From: Vitrella brassicaformis CCMP3155
Taxonomy: Eukaryota > Protista > Chromerida
NCBI GenBank assembly: GCA_001179505.1
Contig: CDMY01000401.1
Location: 21,950-85,949 of the forward strand
Reading direction: 5' to 3'
Length of the DNA: 64,000 nucleotides
The translations under genes were made by a program, and so were the position numbers. Positions 50,932 to 63,379 of the stretch are shown here, one piece after another. A model generated the notes under the pieces. It worked only from the letters and a program-made list of their open reading frames with translations. It made no database searches and was not told the DNA's origin. Every line of letters starts with the position of its first letter. The stretch's first letter is position 1.

Positions 50932-52926
50932 ATCCGATCATCCCATCCGTCAGGGGGCGGGCATCCCACACACCACACCAACGGGCGGCAAGGGCAAGGG
51001 GGGAGGGGGAGGGAGGGTGCATGGTACATGGGGGACGCTTGCATGCCTCTGTGTTGATTAGGTAGCTCATGTGGGGCGGCGGGGGGTCGTGTGGTGTGGG
51101 GGACAATTGATGGGTTGACCGAATGAATGGATCAGTGAATGAGTGAATGAGTCAGTCAGTCATTTATATGTTCATGCAGTGCGTGTGCGTGCGCGTGCGT
51201 CCGAACGACGATTTGCTTTGCCTGAATGCGTCGAAGCCTGCCTACCTGCCTGCCTGGCTGCATGTGTTAGTCTTTGATTGGCCGCTGGCATTTTCTTTTT
51301 TTGCTGCGATTGCGCAGCCGGTCCCCCGCCCTGTCTGTCTAAAATGACGCGATGCGTCCTGCCTAGACGTGTGGGTCCTGCATACTGCCATAGCCACCCA
51401 CATGAGGGTTCTCTTGGGTCATCGGCGGTGTCGGTGATGGCCTTTGTTCCGGCCTTTGCCGTGGCAGCCGACGACCAGGGGACGTGTTTCATCATGACAC
51501 ACACACCTACCTCTGCCTGCCATATCACATTACTTGGCGGTTTGTTTTGGCCTCACCCACCCCACCCATCCACACACCCAGACACACACTCAATCCCAGA
51601 CCCACACTCAATCGTCTCCTTCTCTGAATGAATGCTGTTTCATCCCAGCGTATCTCTACGTCTGTCTTGCTGCCTGTCTGTCTGGTTGTTTGTGCAACCA
51701 CGACAGAGAAAGAGACCGGAATACACACAAACACACACAGCAACTGGACCAAGCACACACAACACAGCTCGCTTACCAGCACGCGTAGGCACACCAAGGA
51801 AGGAAAAAAAAGACAGACACAGACAGACCGACCGATCCCGGCCATTCATACCTTACCTGTATACTTCTGTGTGCGTGTTGTGCCGTGTCGTGTGGTGGGT
51901 GATGTTTTCGTGGTTTTAAGCCTGCCTGCCTGCCTGATCCATGCCTCTGTGCTGATGGAATGAATGGTGGACGCCGAAGGGGCGGGTGTGGGGGATGGGG
52001 GGGGTGGGGTGTGTACAGCCAGAGGTGGTCGTGTCACTGTGTCTGTCTGTGGACTTTCTCTGGGCTATATAGCTGGATGGATGGATGGCCACACGAGGGA
52101 GGTGTGGAGGGGAGAGGGGGGGGAGAGGGGGAGGGTCAATTGTATGTATCTATGTGTAGTTGTATACCTACTTCTTGTGTACTTGTAAGGAAGCTGCTCA
52201 AGCAAACACGCGGACCGACAGGCGGACGGACCTCTGCTGCCGCCGTCCCTCCCTCCCTCCCTCCCTCCCTCTCTCCCTCTCTCTGCTTGCCTGCCTGCCT
52301 GTCTGTCTGACTTAAGATACGGCTACACTCCCTCCACACACTGCGTGCAGCACATACTTACATGTCGTCCGTCGGTTTTACGTGTGTGTCGCTCTCTCCC
52401 CGCCTGTCTGTCTGCCTGTCTGTCTGTCTGCCTGTCTGCTGGCGAACGAATCAAGGATAATGAAGAATGCACATACCTACCTACCTGCATGGCTGCACGC
52501 ATACGCACACACACGCGGACTCCCGTCTCTGTCGTCAGTGGGTAAACCAGTGATCGATTCACTCGCTAGTTCGTTTGTCGTTTCGTCAATCAACTTCACA
52601 TGGAGGCGAACGACAAAATCTCTGTCCCATGCGGCAAGGCAAGGCAAGTTCTTAGATCAGAGCTGTGTCTGGCTGTGTGTGAGTGAATTCAATCAAGGGG
52701 GACGCGACGCACGAACTGATCAAATGAGGTGAAGCGAAGCCCTGGGGCTGAGCGAGTCCAACACACACACACACATCATGATCCGTCCGTCCGTCCATCA
52801 ACCATCACTTGACAGATAAATGGCTCTGCACAGGTGGCCGGCCGGCGCGTCACTAACATGACCACAGCCATTCATTCAGCGCACACCAACACGCGACACA
52901 CAGCGGGGACACAGACCTCTCGCCAG

Positions 52927-54262
52927 TCAGTGAATGAGTGTGCCGATGCCCGACTTGGTGCAGAGCTCCATCAGCACGGCGTGCGGCACCCGGCCGTCCA
53001 GAATGGCCACCCCACCCACACCCTTCTCAACGGCATCCTGCGCCGTCCTGACCTTGGGGATCATCCCGCCGGATATCGTCCCGCCACCTATCAGCCCGTC
53101 CAGCTCGCTCACGTGGATGTCATCAATAAGACATCTCTCGCCGTCGAGCACCCCAGGGACGTCCGTCAGCAGGAGGAAGCGCGCCGCCTTGAGCTCGGCC
53201 GCAATGGCCCCCGCAGCCGTGTCGGCGTTGATGTTGAAGGTCTCGCTCTTCTCGCCCACACCGATTGGCGCCACCACAGGCACGTAATGGCTCTTGCAGA
53301 GGCTGCGCAGGAGTGAGCTGTCGACGCGCTTGGGGGTGCCGACGAAGCCGAGATCGATCTCCTGCTGGTTGCCGTCGTCGCCCACAACGGTCTTGGTGAG
53401 CTGTTCGGCGATGAGAAAATGGTCGTCGCGCCCCGAGAGCCCCACCGAGCGGGCCCCTGCTGCCTTGATGTCACTTACAAGGCCCTTGTTGACCGCTCCA
53501 CACAGGACCTGCACACACACACGTGACGCGAGAGCTGTTTGTGGTCGGTATGGGTATCTGTGTTGTAGGCAATCGATTGGTATCGGTTTGGCTGGCTGGC
53601 TGACCATTTCGGTGACCCTCAGTGTGTCGGCGTCGGTGATGCGCAGCCCCTCGACTCTCTTGGACTCGATGCCCAGCTTCGTGAGAGTCTCGCTGATCTG
53701 TGGTCCGCCCCCATGCACCACCACCACGTTGACACCCGCCTGACGAAGGGCAGCCACATCTCGGCAGAAACCCCGCTTGAGCGCATCGTCCGTCATGGCG
53801 TGGCCGCCGTATTTGACCACCACAAACTGATCTGGACGACGGCAGGGCGACACACGCTGATGAGTTGAATGAACGAATCACCTACCCACCTCGGTACTTT
53901 GACGAGAACTCGAGAAACTGGCACATGACCTCTGCTCGGATCTCGGGCGTCAGCCGCTTGGCCTCTGCTTCCAAATCAGACAGCGACGGCGCGTCAACGG
54001 CAACACTCGCCGCAACCACAGCCTGAGCCTGGGGCGATGAATCAACTCGCGCCCGGACAAACGCACCGCGACCTGATGAATGCACGCCTCTCAAGGCAGC
54101 CGAAGATGGCGACGGCCTGACGATGAAGGCATTGCAAAGCCCCGTCCTCAACGCAGAGGAGCAGAGCAAGATGCCCAGCCGGAGGCATCGATCAAACAGG
54201 GATGCACCCCGGGCATTCGGCCGCCTTGCCGCCCGTGCGGCACCCACTGAGGACACCTCCAT
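52927..54262 (-). CDS. argB: N-acetylglutamate kinase with bipartite plastid-targeting presequence
   Basis: VVVKYGGHAM, VVVVHGGGPQI, NINADTAAGAIA, LLLTDVPGVL, ISGGMIPKV, ILDGRVPHAVLMEL...GIGTLI*. Presequence has hydrophobic LGILLCSSAL...CNA|FIVRP followed by an S/R/A-rich transit-like stretch. Two introns. Confidence 0.95.
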
Positions 54263-54285
54263 ATTGAGCACCTCTTTCGCCAGAG

Positions 54286-54308
54286 AGCTCGCAGATCCCC
54301 GAGCTCGC
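54286..54308. promoter_or_regulatory. AGCTCGC x2 in divergent spacer (argB / HTH gene)
   Basis: Copies at 54286-54292 and 54302-54308, between ATGs at 54262(-) and 54454(+). Confidence 0.55.
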
Positions 54309-54453
54309 GCCTCAAAAAGTTTTCCTTGAACAGGTGGACGCAGTGAAGCAGTGGACCAGCAGCTGCTGCCAAGCGAAGATCTGCTCTTCTCTTCTATCTC
54401 ATCTGGCCGCCCGTGACTGACAGGCCATCTGGAGAAGGAGGGAGGGGCTAGCG

Positions 54454-56840
54454 ATGGGCCGGCGTGGCATCTCTCGGTCTGCGGATGTGAAGAAGCAGGT
54501 GCACGCGGGGTGGCGGCAGGGCAGGAGCCAGAAGCAGCTGGCCATCGACTTCGACCTCAGCGAGAGCAGCGTCGCGAGGTACATCAACCAGGTGGAGTCC
54601 ATGCTCTACCACCGCAAAGACGAAAGTCAGTGAGCTACACACACACACACACACACACACACAAGGCCAGCGCACAGACGGAGGCAGGGGAGAGGAGAAA
54701 GCCCCAAGCTCACTTGTCGGTCTGTCGGTCGGTCTGTCTGTCTGTCTGTCTGCTGTGGTTGCTGTGGTTGGTTGGCATCGCCCGCCGCTTAGGCTGCCTG
54801 GAGCCCCGTAAGCGGAGCAAGACCTACTGGCCGGGCCGCGGCAAGAGTCTGGACGAGAACGCCCTCGACATCGTCAAGTCGTTGTTCGAGTCGAACCCTC
54901 GGCTGACGATCGAGTCGGTGGTGGACCTCCTGCACAACGAGTACGGCTACGCATGCAGCAACGAGTCGTCCATCAGCAGGTTCTGCTCCAAGAGAGGCTT
55001 CTCCATCAAGAAGTATAAGGTGGCCAGGGAGAGGGAGAGCAAAGTGGGGAGCAACGACGACCACAGACACGAGTCAGCGGCGGTTGAGGTGGGGGTGGGN
55101 NNNNNNNNNNNNNNNNNNNNNNNNNNNNNNNNNNNNNNNNNNNNNNNNNNNNNNNNNNNNNNNNNNNNNNNNNNNNNNNNNNNNNNNNNNNNNNNNNNNN
55201 NNNNNNNNNNNNNNNNNNNNNNNNNNNNNNNNNNNNNNNNNNNNNNNNNNNNNNNNNNNNNNNNNNNNNNNNNNNNNNNNNNNNNNNNNNNNNNNNNNNN
55301 NNNNNNNNNNNNNNNNNNNNNNNNNNNNNNNNNNNNNNNNNNNNNNNNNNNNNNNNNNNNNNNNNNNNNNNNNNNNNNNNNNNNNNNNNNNNNNNNNNNG
55401 GGGAGGTGGGGGTGGGGGCGAGCACAGCTGCAGCAAAGAGCGAGGCCCGACCGGGGAAAAGGGAGAGAGAGCCTGAGGTGGCGGAGAGCAAAGAGGGAGC
55501 TGCTGACGATGACACAGAGCCGATCATGGTATGGCTATGGGAGGGTGGGTTGGTCGGCGGGCAGCATCACACGACACGACACGACACGACACGCAATGTG
55601 TTCTGGTCTGGGTGAGAGAGAATGTATGTGTGTCGGTGTGTCGTCAACCGATTGCTCAGGATGAGCTGTCCAAGATCATTTCGGAGGAGCTGGCTCAACT
55701 GGCGCAGCGGAAGAAGCGCCAGAAGACCTCCGAACGGCTGCACATGCACCCACCGCAGCCGACCCCATACATCTTCACAGGCTCTGGCCTCCACCCCGGT
55801 TGCCCTCCTGGCAACAAGGTCAGTCAGTCGATAAATAAGCACACGAAACTTTGATTGCTTTGCATACCTGTCTGTCCGCCTGCTGCCAGGAGGAGAAGGC
55901 TCGGTTCCCTATGCCAGCAGTGCCCCCGTCGTCATCACCGCTCCCCTTCCCCTTGCCGCCGCCTCACCCCAACCAACCCGCCATCTCCCTCTCCCTCCCC
56001 ACCTCCGATCACACCACACCCACAGCCGTCAGGTCATTCATCCCGCCATCGCCAGCACTGCCACTACCACTGCCACTACCAGTGCCGTTGCCGTTGCCCC
56101 CCCACACACCGCTCACCTTCCATCGGACGCCGATCGTGTCGGTGCCTGTGGAAATGAGGCGGCCTCCCTGCGCCGCCCCGTTCGTCTTCGCCTCTCGACC
56201 TGGCGATGGGAGGTACCCCCTGGCTGGCGCACAGCTTGGTGAGATGGCGGCCATGCTCAAGCTGCTCTCGGACGCGGCAAAGAGCAAGGCAGCTGCGGCT
56301 AGTGGTGGTGGTGGTGGTGGTGTGCCGACTGAGGGAAAGGAGAGGGCTGGCTCGGTGGCTGCGATGCCTCTGGCACAGCAGAGGGATGCTAGCCATGGAT
56401 GCCCTGTAAGCACGCCACGCCATCCCACCAGCCGACCAACCAGCAGCCCTAAGGTCTCTTTGCGCTTCCCTTTGTCTGTCTGCTGTCTGTCTGTGTGTCA
56501 GGACTATGCCCGATCGGTGTCGTCTCTGTCGACGATCAGCGTGCCCCGCTCCTGCAGCAACGACAGCCTCCCCGCGTCCTTCGCATCCCCGCCCCCATGC
56601 CCCTCTCACCAACACCCCGACAACACCGGGACCACCACCACCACCGCCACCAGCGGCAGTCTGCACGTGCTGGAGACGTTGCAGAGCACGGTGCAGGGTG
56701 AGCTGGTGCGCATGCAGATGGAGAAGGAGCAGAGCGACAAGGGCGGCAAGGGCGGTGGAGTGGAGGCGACACACGGAGGGGGAGGGGGAGGGGACGGGCT
56801 GTCGAGCGGCAGCAGCTGTGCGTCCTCACCCACTGGGTGA
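54454..56840 (+). CDS. IS630/Tc1-mariner-type double-HTH DNA-binding domain protein with no visible DDE domain (candidate domesticated transposase)
   Basis: HTH1 KKQVHAGWRQGRSQKQLAIDFDLSESSVARYI; linker PGRGKSL; HTH2 LFESNPRLTIESVVDLLHNEYGYACSNESSISRFCSKRGFSIKK. Then low-complexity spliced exons with NLS-like RKKRQK; stop at 56840. Confidence 0.7.
55100..55399. other. Assembly gap (300 N)
   Basis: Run of N within a coding exon of the HTH gene. Both flanks contain GAGGTGGGGGTGGG. Confidence 1.
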
Positions 56841-57653
56841 TCGATCTATGTGACGAAGAGTATCTGGTTTGGCTGGCTGATGGCGTACACAAAGTGGCGT
56901 TCCGTGCTCTTCTTCCCTTGCTCACCTCTGTGTTCCAACTCCCTCAGCGATACTGTGCACTGCAGCGCAGAATCGCGCTGCTCGCTCGCTCAGAGTGGCT
57001 CTGCATTGCACTGCACGAGATCGTTGTCCATGGTCTATATATAGACAGAGTTTTCCTTACCTTTCGTGTGTTGCGTATTGTGTGTCCATCGCATAGTTGC
57101 TCGCCTTTTTCGTCCGTTCGTTTCCTTCTGCCTTGCTAATTTCTGCCTCGCCCATAGAGTTTTTGTCTAGTATCTCTTTGACCTGATTGATTATCACGTA
57201 TTTGTGACGGCTTCACGCACACACACAACGGGTGTTGGCTTCCCCTTCCTCCTCTCTCGGCCGCTCTCTCTCCCTCGCTCTCTCTCCCTCTCTCCCTCTC
57301 TCGGTGGGCCTTTTTGTTCCCCGCTCGACCCATGCCAGCCATGATGCAACACAGCGCAACGCAGCGCCTCAGAGGTGCTCTGCTGGTTGCTGTCCATCTC
57401 GCTGTCTCTTTCTCCGTCTCCCTGCTGCCTGCCTGCCTGCCTGCTGCTATACGTCGGTCGCTGATGTCGAGCGGTGAGGGCATAGATCGCATGTAGGTGG
57501 TGGGTGCGTCTTGGTGGGAGAGATTGTCGTGTCTTCAGCGAGCTTTCTTTCCCTCATGCATAGTACGCCCCAGGGCCCCCGTGCAAGCCATCAGTGTGCT
57601 GTGCGTGGTGAGCAAATGCATTGCGGGCGGGGCGCAGTGGGCACACGGGGGTC

Positions 57654-57699
57654 TCGCAGCCTCAGGGTGCCCATCTTCGCAGCCTCAGGGTGCCCATCT
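57654..57699. repeat. Perfect 23-bp tandem duplication
   Basis: TCGCAGCCTCAGGGTGCCCATCT twice, adjacent. Confidence 0.85.
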
Positions 57700-58175
57700 T
57701 GTCTTGCCCAGTTGTGTATGGCGTCGTTACGTAACCTGGTTGCTGTCTGTCTGTCAGGTGATTGATGGTCGTCACGCATTGTGATGTGGGCCTTTTTGTC
57801 TACTGCCTCCCTCTCCCTCTCCCTCTCTCCCTCCGGCGTCGTCTGTCAGCTGTAGTCCTTCCCACATTCCCTAGTGTCCCTCGCTTTGACTGTAGACTCA
57901 CTCGTGCATGTCGTTGACTTATACATCCGTCCGTATGTATCTACGCGACGCGCATTCAGTGGGCGAGATCCCACATCAATTGGGGCACACCATAATATAT
58001 GTTATCCCACACACGCACGATTGATTACACGTACCTCACCTCCACACAAAAACCACAACACAAACAGGGAGGGTGTCTGTCGAGAGGCACCCAATTCAAC
58101 GCACGAGAAGCAAGCTCTGACACGGCTGGCTGGCTGGCTGAACGATCAGGCAGGATCCAGGCACACAACACGCCT

Positions 58176-58211
<36 letters not shown>

Positions 58212-58275
58212 CACACGGATTGAAAGGACACTTGACGCATGCACGCTCACCATGCACTCTAGCCACACACGCACA

Positions 58276-58310
<35 letters not shown>

Positions 58311-58622
58311 CGCTTTGATCCGACATTGGACCAATCACCCCCCCACCGTCATATTCACTAGGAGCCAAAAATGTCTTGGCTGCCCCCCTCCGCCCGTCCT
58401 CACCCCATCCTTATGTATCATCATATGAAGGCGCTGCTGCAGTGAGTGCGTTCACATTTCTATGGACCGGCCGCAGCCAGCACACATAAACAGACAGACA
58501 GACAGAGAGGCACATACACACACACAGTTAGACATGAATGAACGAGGCACAAGAACAGAGTAGCATGTCGATGGATGGATCGATCACTCACTCAACCATT
58601 CACGCATCCACTCATCCACTAA

Positions 58623-59857
58623 CTAGCCAAAACCCAACGACGCGGTCCCGCCCCCGCCCCCTGGCTGCAGATCCATCACTGTGGCCCTCTCACCTACGAT
58701 GCTCTTCCTCAATTGCTCAAGTGCAGACGCAATGCCCTCGTCAGGCCCGCCCGTCTTAGGCCTGCCGGCATCCTTGTCAGGGCCTCGACCGCCATCCTGG
58801 CCCCAGCCTGCCCACCACTGCTGCACACTGCTGACGATTGACTTGCCGGCAGCGGCGAGCGCCTCAGTGGCCGACAGGGGTGCGGTGGCGACGCTCTGCC
58901 GATGCAAGTCCACCACTTTGGGGTGGCTGGCAGACGGGCGGCTGACGCCCTGGCGGCACGCGGCCGCATAGGGAAGGAACCTGCAGACAGACAGCCAGAC
59001 AGGCAGAATGAGAGATGCTGTCGATACACTTGGTGTGCATGTTCATGGTGGTGAGGAGTACATTTCTGTTGCGGCCCAGTTGTGGAGGTTCTGCTCGGTC
59101 TGTCGCTTCGACGCGTCGGTGAGCGGCTTGTCCATCGTGGACGCCTCAACGCGGCCCAACTGATGGATGGATGGGATGACACACAACCACAACCGCCACC
59201 AGCACCTTGAGTCTGGCCACACGATGGACGCTGCAGTGTCTGAGCCTAACCTCGCTTTGGAGCAGCTCGTAGTTTTCGAGAAGCAGCTGGAATATCTCTG
59301 CGGCGGTCTCCTCCGACAGCTCGCGGGCCAGCACCTCTTCTGCCACCTCAACCATGCTCTGACAGCACACCGCAGACAAGTGACAGACACAGTACAGTGG
59401 GATGACTTGACTGACTGACTGACTGGCAGCCGTCCCTCCCTCCCTCCCTCCCTCCCTCCCCCGCTCCCCCTGCCCTGCCCTCCCACTCACGCACGTCATT
59501 GAGGCTCCTCATATCATCGAAGTCGCGCAAAGTGAACTCCAGCCTGTCGCCCCTCCTCGACACCCGCCCCCCCTTCACCACACGCAGCGGCGGGCTCAGC
59601 AGCGGCACGCTCCTCATGTCGTGCTTCGGCCGGTAAGAGTCGAGGATCTCCGTGACGTGCCGTCGGATGGGCTCCCACGCCACCTCCACCCCATTTCCGC
59701 CCCAGGAGCACCGGACGTTGTGTCCTACAATCACTGACTTAGTCTCTGCCACCGCCAGCCGACCCAATATCTCTTCGTTGACGTGCTTGAGTGCGCGCAG
59801 CTTCGGCAGAGGGAGAGCCTCAGAGCCAGGCGGCCGGTAGCGTGAAGGAGGCATCAT
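58623..59857 (-). CDS. Hypothetical protein (4 exons)
   Basis: Frame-consistent splicing MMPPSRYRPP...LND|SMVEVAEE...QSE|LGRVEA...ATEM|FLPYAAAC...TASLGFG*. No family recognised. Confidence 0.6.
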
Positions 59858-59990
59858 CGGCTAGGGCAGTGCTGGGTGGTAGGGAGGGCTGGGATGGGTA
59901 GATGTGGCTTGGAGGGGCATCAAGCACTTGGAGGGGCTCCCATCAGCGTCGACAGCAGGAGAGATTCGCCCAGATTTGGCTCCTCTCCAA

Positions 59991-60012
59991 GCGAGCTTGG
60001 AGCCAAGCTCGC
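59991..60012. promoter_or_regulatory. Inverted AGCTCGC pair in divergent spacer (hypothetical / C2H2)
   Basis: GCGAGCT at 59991-59997 and AGCTCGC at 60006-60012. Confidence 0.55.
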
Positions 60013-60140
60013 GGTGGAGAAGGCGAAGCAAATCCATCGAATTCGGCTTTGTGGAGCCCTCACGAAGTGCCCTTATCGCTTTCTTCTGATAATCGTGTTT
60101 TACTGGTGAGTTAGATGAACTGAAGTAGCTGCCGAATCGG

Positions 60141-63131
60141 ATGGATGCAGGTGCAGCAGCAGCAGACGTCACGGAGCAGCCGGAGGAGGCAACGCCACCT
60201 GTCACGCCACCTCAGGCCAGTCCAGCAGCACCACCACCAGCAGCAGCGGCCGATTCCACTGAAGAGGAAGAGCCGCACACCCCTCCCCCCCGCAACACCA
60301 GCAAGCTTAGTGCCAACTCTCTGGATGCTGCGGGCGGCGCGGATGAGGAGCCCTGCACCCCTCCCCCACCACCGCAGCGCATGCCGTCCTCCCCAGGTCA
60401 ATATGGCGAAAACCCGCCAGACCTCGGCCCTTCGCCCGTGCCGGAGGAGAGCCGTGACGACCCGACGCAGCCGACCGAGTTGGAGCACTGGCACACGCTG
60501 GACATAGAGCGGCTGTTTGTGCGGAAGAACAAGGTGCGCGAACCGCTGTATCGGTGTCCGCTGTGCGACGTGCGGACGTTCGAGCCGGCGGTGTATGATG
60601 AGCTGATTGCGCACTATCGGGATGTGCACTGGAGGGAGAGGGTGAGGATCGGTGAGTTCACCTGCTTCCCGTGCTTGAAGGTCAGCACTGTCACTGGGGG
60701 AGGGAGGGTGGGGAGGGGGTGTGCTGCACTGCACACACACGGGGATCGGATCTACCTACCGGTAATGCCTCCTCTCACTCATTTGATTTGCCTGTTTGTT
60801 TCTTCTCTCGGTTTGTGTGTCTGACATGTCAGCCTGATTGTAACTTGCCGCCCTTGGAGGATGCTGATAGTGAGAACGCCCCTATCATTCGCCGCAGGTG
60901 CGTGTCTAACCGACACCACCACGCACACAAACACACACACACATGCACACACACAGGCAGGAGTACGTGTGTAGCGCTTGGACAAACATGCCCTACCACT
61001 GTGTGTGCAGCGGCCGCATCAACAAGAACCCGCAGTTCGCAGGGCCGCCCCCCGCGCGTCACTGGCACTGCCCCCTGCAGGCAGAGGGCTGCGACGCCCA
61101 GTCCTACGACGTGGCCGACCTGCTGCAGCACTGCAAAGAGGCCCACGCCGGGACGAGAGCGGACCCCGCCATGACGGGCGGCCAGGCGGCCCAGCGGCCG
61201 GGAGATGACTATGAGGTTTTCGCGAATGCGGTGAGTCTTCAGAGTGTGACGAGAACACACACGCATAGACACACAGACAGACAGACACTGGACATGTGGA
61301 TGGACTTCTGTGGTCCGATTGTGTGTGTGTGTGTGTGTGTAGGAGGATGTAGCTCGTGAGTTGCCGTCGAATCCTCCGTCGGAGGAGTGCGCCTGGCGCC
61401 GGTTTGAGCCCGACACACCCGCTCCGCCGCCCAGAAGAGGCCGCACCCGATCACGTAGGGGTGACAACTGCATGGGATGACTGCCTGCCACTCCCTCACC
61501 TTTCCCTGTTTGCTGTGTTGTGTGTGCTGCACGTGTGTCGTGTCAGGTACCCGTTTGCTGTCCCCCCCTCCCCCGTACGCCCCCTCGCCCGCCACAGACC
61601 CGAGCGACTCGGACCAGGAGGTGCCCTCTCCCGACCTGCCATCGCCCTCACCCCCACAGGCATCTGCATCTGCGTCTGCATCATTACCCCCATCGCAGCC
61701 ACAACAACAGCAGGAGGACCAGCAGCAGGAGGAGGATGGAGAGCCCCCACAGCCACCGCCCGACGAAGAGGGGGAGGATGGTGGCCTTGACGGCCGTGAC
61801 AGCGATGCCCGTGCCGATCGGCACCAGGACACGTCGGCGAGTGATGCGGTGATGGAGGTGTCATCCCCTGAGGTTCAGCAGGCCGTCCCAGAGCCACCAG
61901 CACCACCACCACCACCAGCAGACCCAGCACCACCACCACCAGCAGAAGCAGAGGCATCGGTAGCTGCTGCAGCAGCTGCTGATGATGATGAGGCGCCGGC
62001 AGCGGCTGCCATTGACGGAGAGGCGTCGATGATGGGCGATGGATGTGGTGGTGGCGACAGGGGCGTCGAGGGTGGCAGGAGGGGCATTCTCAAGAGGGTT
62101 GGGGATGCGCCCAGGGTGATACAGGGAGGACTCAAGAGGAAAGTGGGCTTCGACAAGCAGGTCAGTGGGTGCGTCCCGGAGTGGGTGAGAGGAACGCACT
62201 CCGAAACATTGCAGCATGCAGCGATGGGTGGGGATAGCCGGGGCGGGCAAAAGTGTGTGGTGGTGTGTGTTTTTGCGCCTTCTTCTTTCAGGTCCGTGTC
62301 CGCCACTTTGATATGCAGCTTGCTAGACTGGAGAAACTCGGCACGCGATCAGGTAGGTCCTTCTGTGACACAATCAATCCATCTGTACCATCCATCCATT
62401 CATCGCTTCCTCTGGCCCCACACGCAGGTCCGATCGACCTTGACGACGAGAGCGACAGCGAGGAGGACGACGAGACGTGGCGGCCCCGCGCCAAGGCCAA
62501 GAGCAAAGCCAAAGCCAAAGCAGCCAAGTCCAAGCCGAAGGCCAAGGGCACCCCCAAGGGCAAGCCACGGCCACGCACACCAGCTCGCTCTGCTCGGGGA
62601 CGGCCCCCTCCCTTCGATGACGCAGCACACGAGAGCCAAGACGAGTCCGACGAGGACGAAGATGCCCCCCTGGCCAGGCCCAAGAGGACCCCCCGCGCCA
62701 AGGCTCAGCGTGACCGTGCGGCGGCGGCGAAGGCCAAGAAGAGGGGCGCCAAGGGCCGCGCGGCCAGTGCGTCAAGTGCGTGCGGTGATGACGACATCCT
62801 TCCCCCGCCCGTCGACCCGCAGCCCATCGATGTCGATCAGGACTTCACCTCGCCGCCACCGCCTTACGAAGACCGAGACGGCAAAGAGGGAGACGATGGC
62901 AGGGCGGGGTCGCCACGAGGTGTAGGTGTCAAGCGGAGCCGACCGCGCGACACATCGACGCCGACCAACGGTCTGTGCGAGCGGATGGAGGCGTTGCAGT
63001 GCGGAAGTGGGGATGGGGCGGGTGATGATGGGCAGGCTGAGAGGGATGAGAAAAAGAGGGAGCCGCGGATAAAGCGGCGTCGTGTCAAGAAAGAGACCAA
63101 GGACGACGCGGCAGCGATGGACGAGGGATGA
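60141..63131 (+). CDS. C2H2 zinc-finger protein with acidic/Pro-rich disorder, basic tail and PP1-docking motifs
   Basis: YRCPLCDVRTFEPAVYDELIAHYRDVH and WHCPLQAEGCDAQSYDVADLLQHCKEAH. Also GILK...KRKVGFDKQVRVRHF and a K/R-rich NLS-like C-terminus; stop at 63131. Confidence 0.75.
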
Positions 63132-63379
63132 TCGTCGTCAGGTGTGGATGGATGGATGGATGGACAGATGTCGGAGGTTGGTTGATGTATAGCCACACAG
63201 ACAGACAGACAGACAGACGGTGGTCCGATTGACTGATAGATAGGCTGGCTGCGTCGTGAGTGAGGCTCGCTGCTGCAAGTGCAGCAGAGACAGCGGCAGA
63301 CTTGCAAGGTGTTACTCGGTCTCTCTGTGTGTTGCCACCGCATAACACACACTCAACGTCAACCGACCCTCACGACTTC

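Noticed and set aside
54400-56900. Autonomous Tc1/IS630 transposon
   Set aside because: No DDE triad, terminal inverted repeats or TA target-site duplication seen, and the gene has multiple host-type introns.
57654-57699. Tandem repeat as a CRISPR-like array
   Set aside because: Only two adjacent copies, no spacers, eukaryotic context.
59861-60205. ORF in frame with the 59857 gene across a TAG at 59863-59861, suggesting readthrough or an upstream exon
   Set aside because: The interval holds paired AGCTCGC motifs and lies in the divergent spacer, so it is more simply promoter/UTR. No strong phase-0 donor was found.
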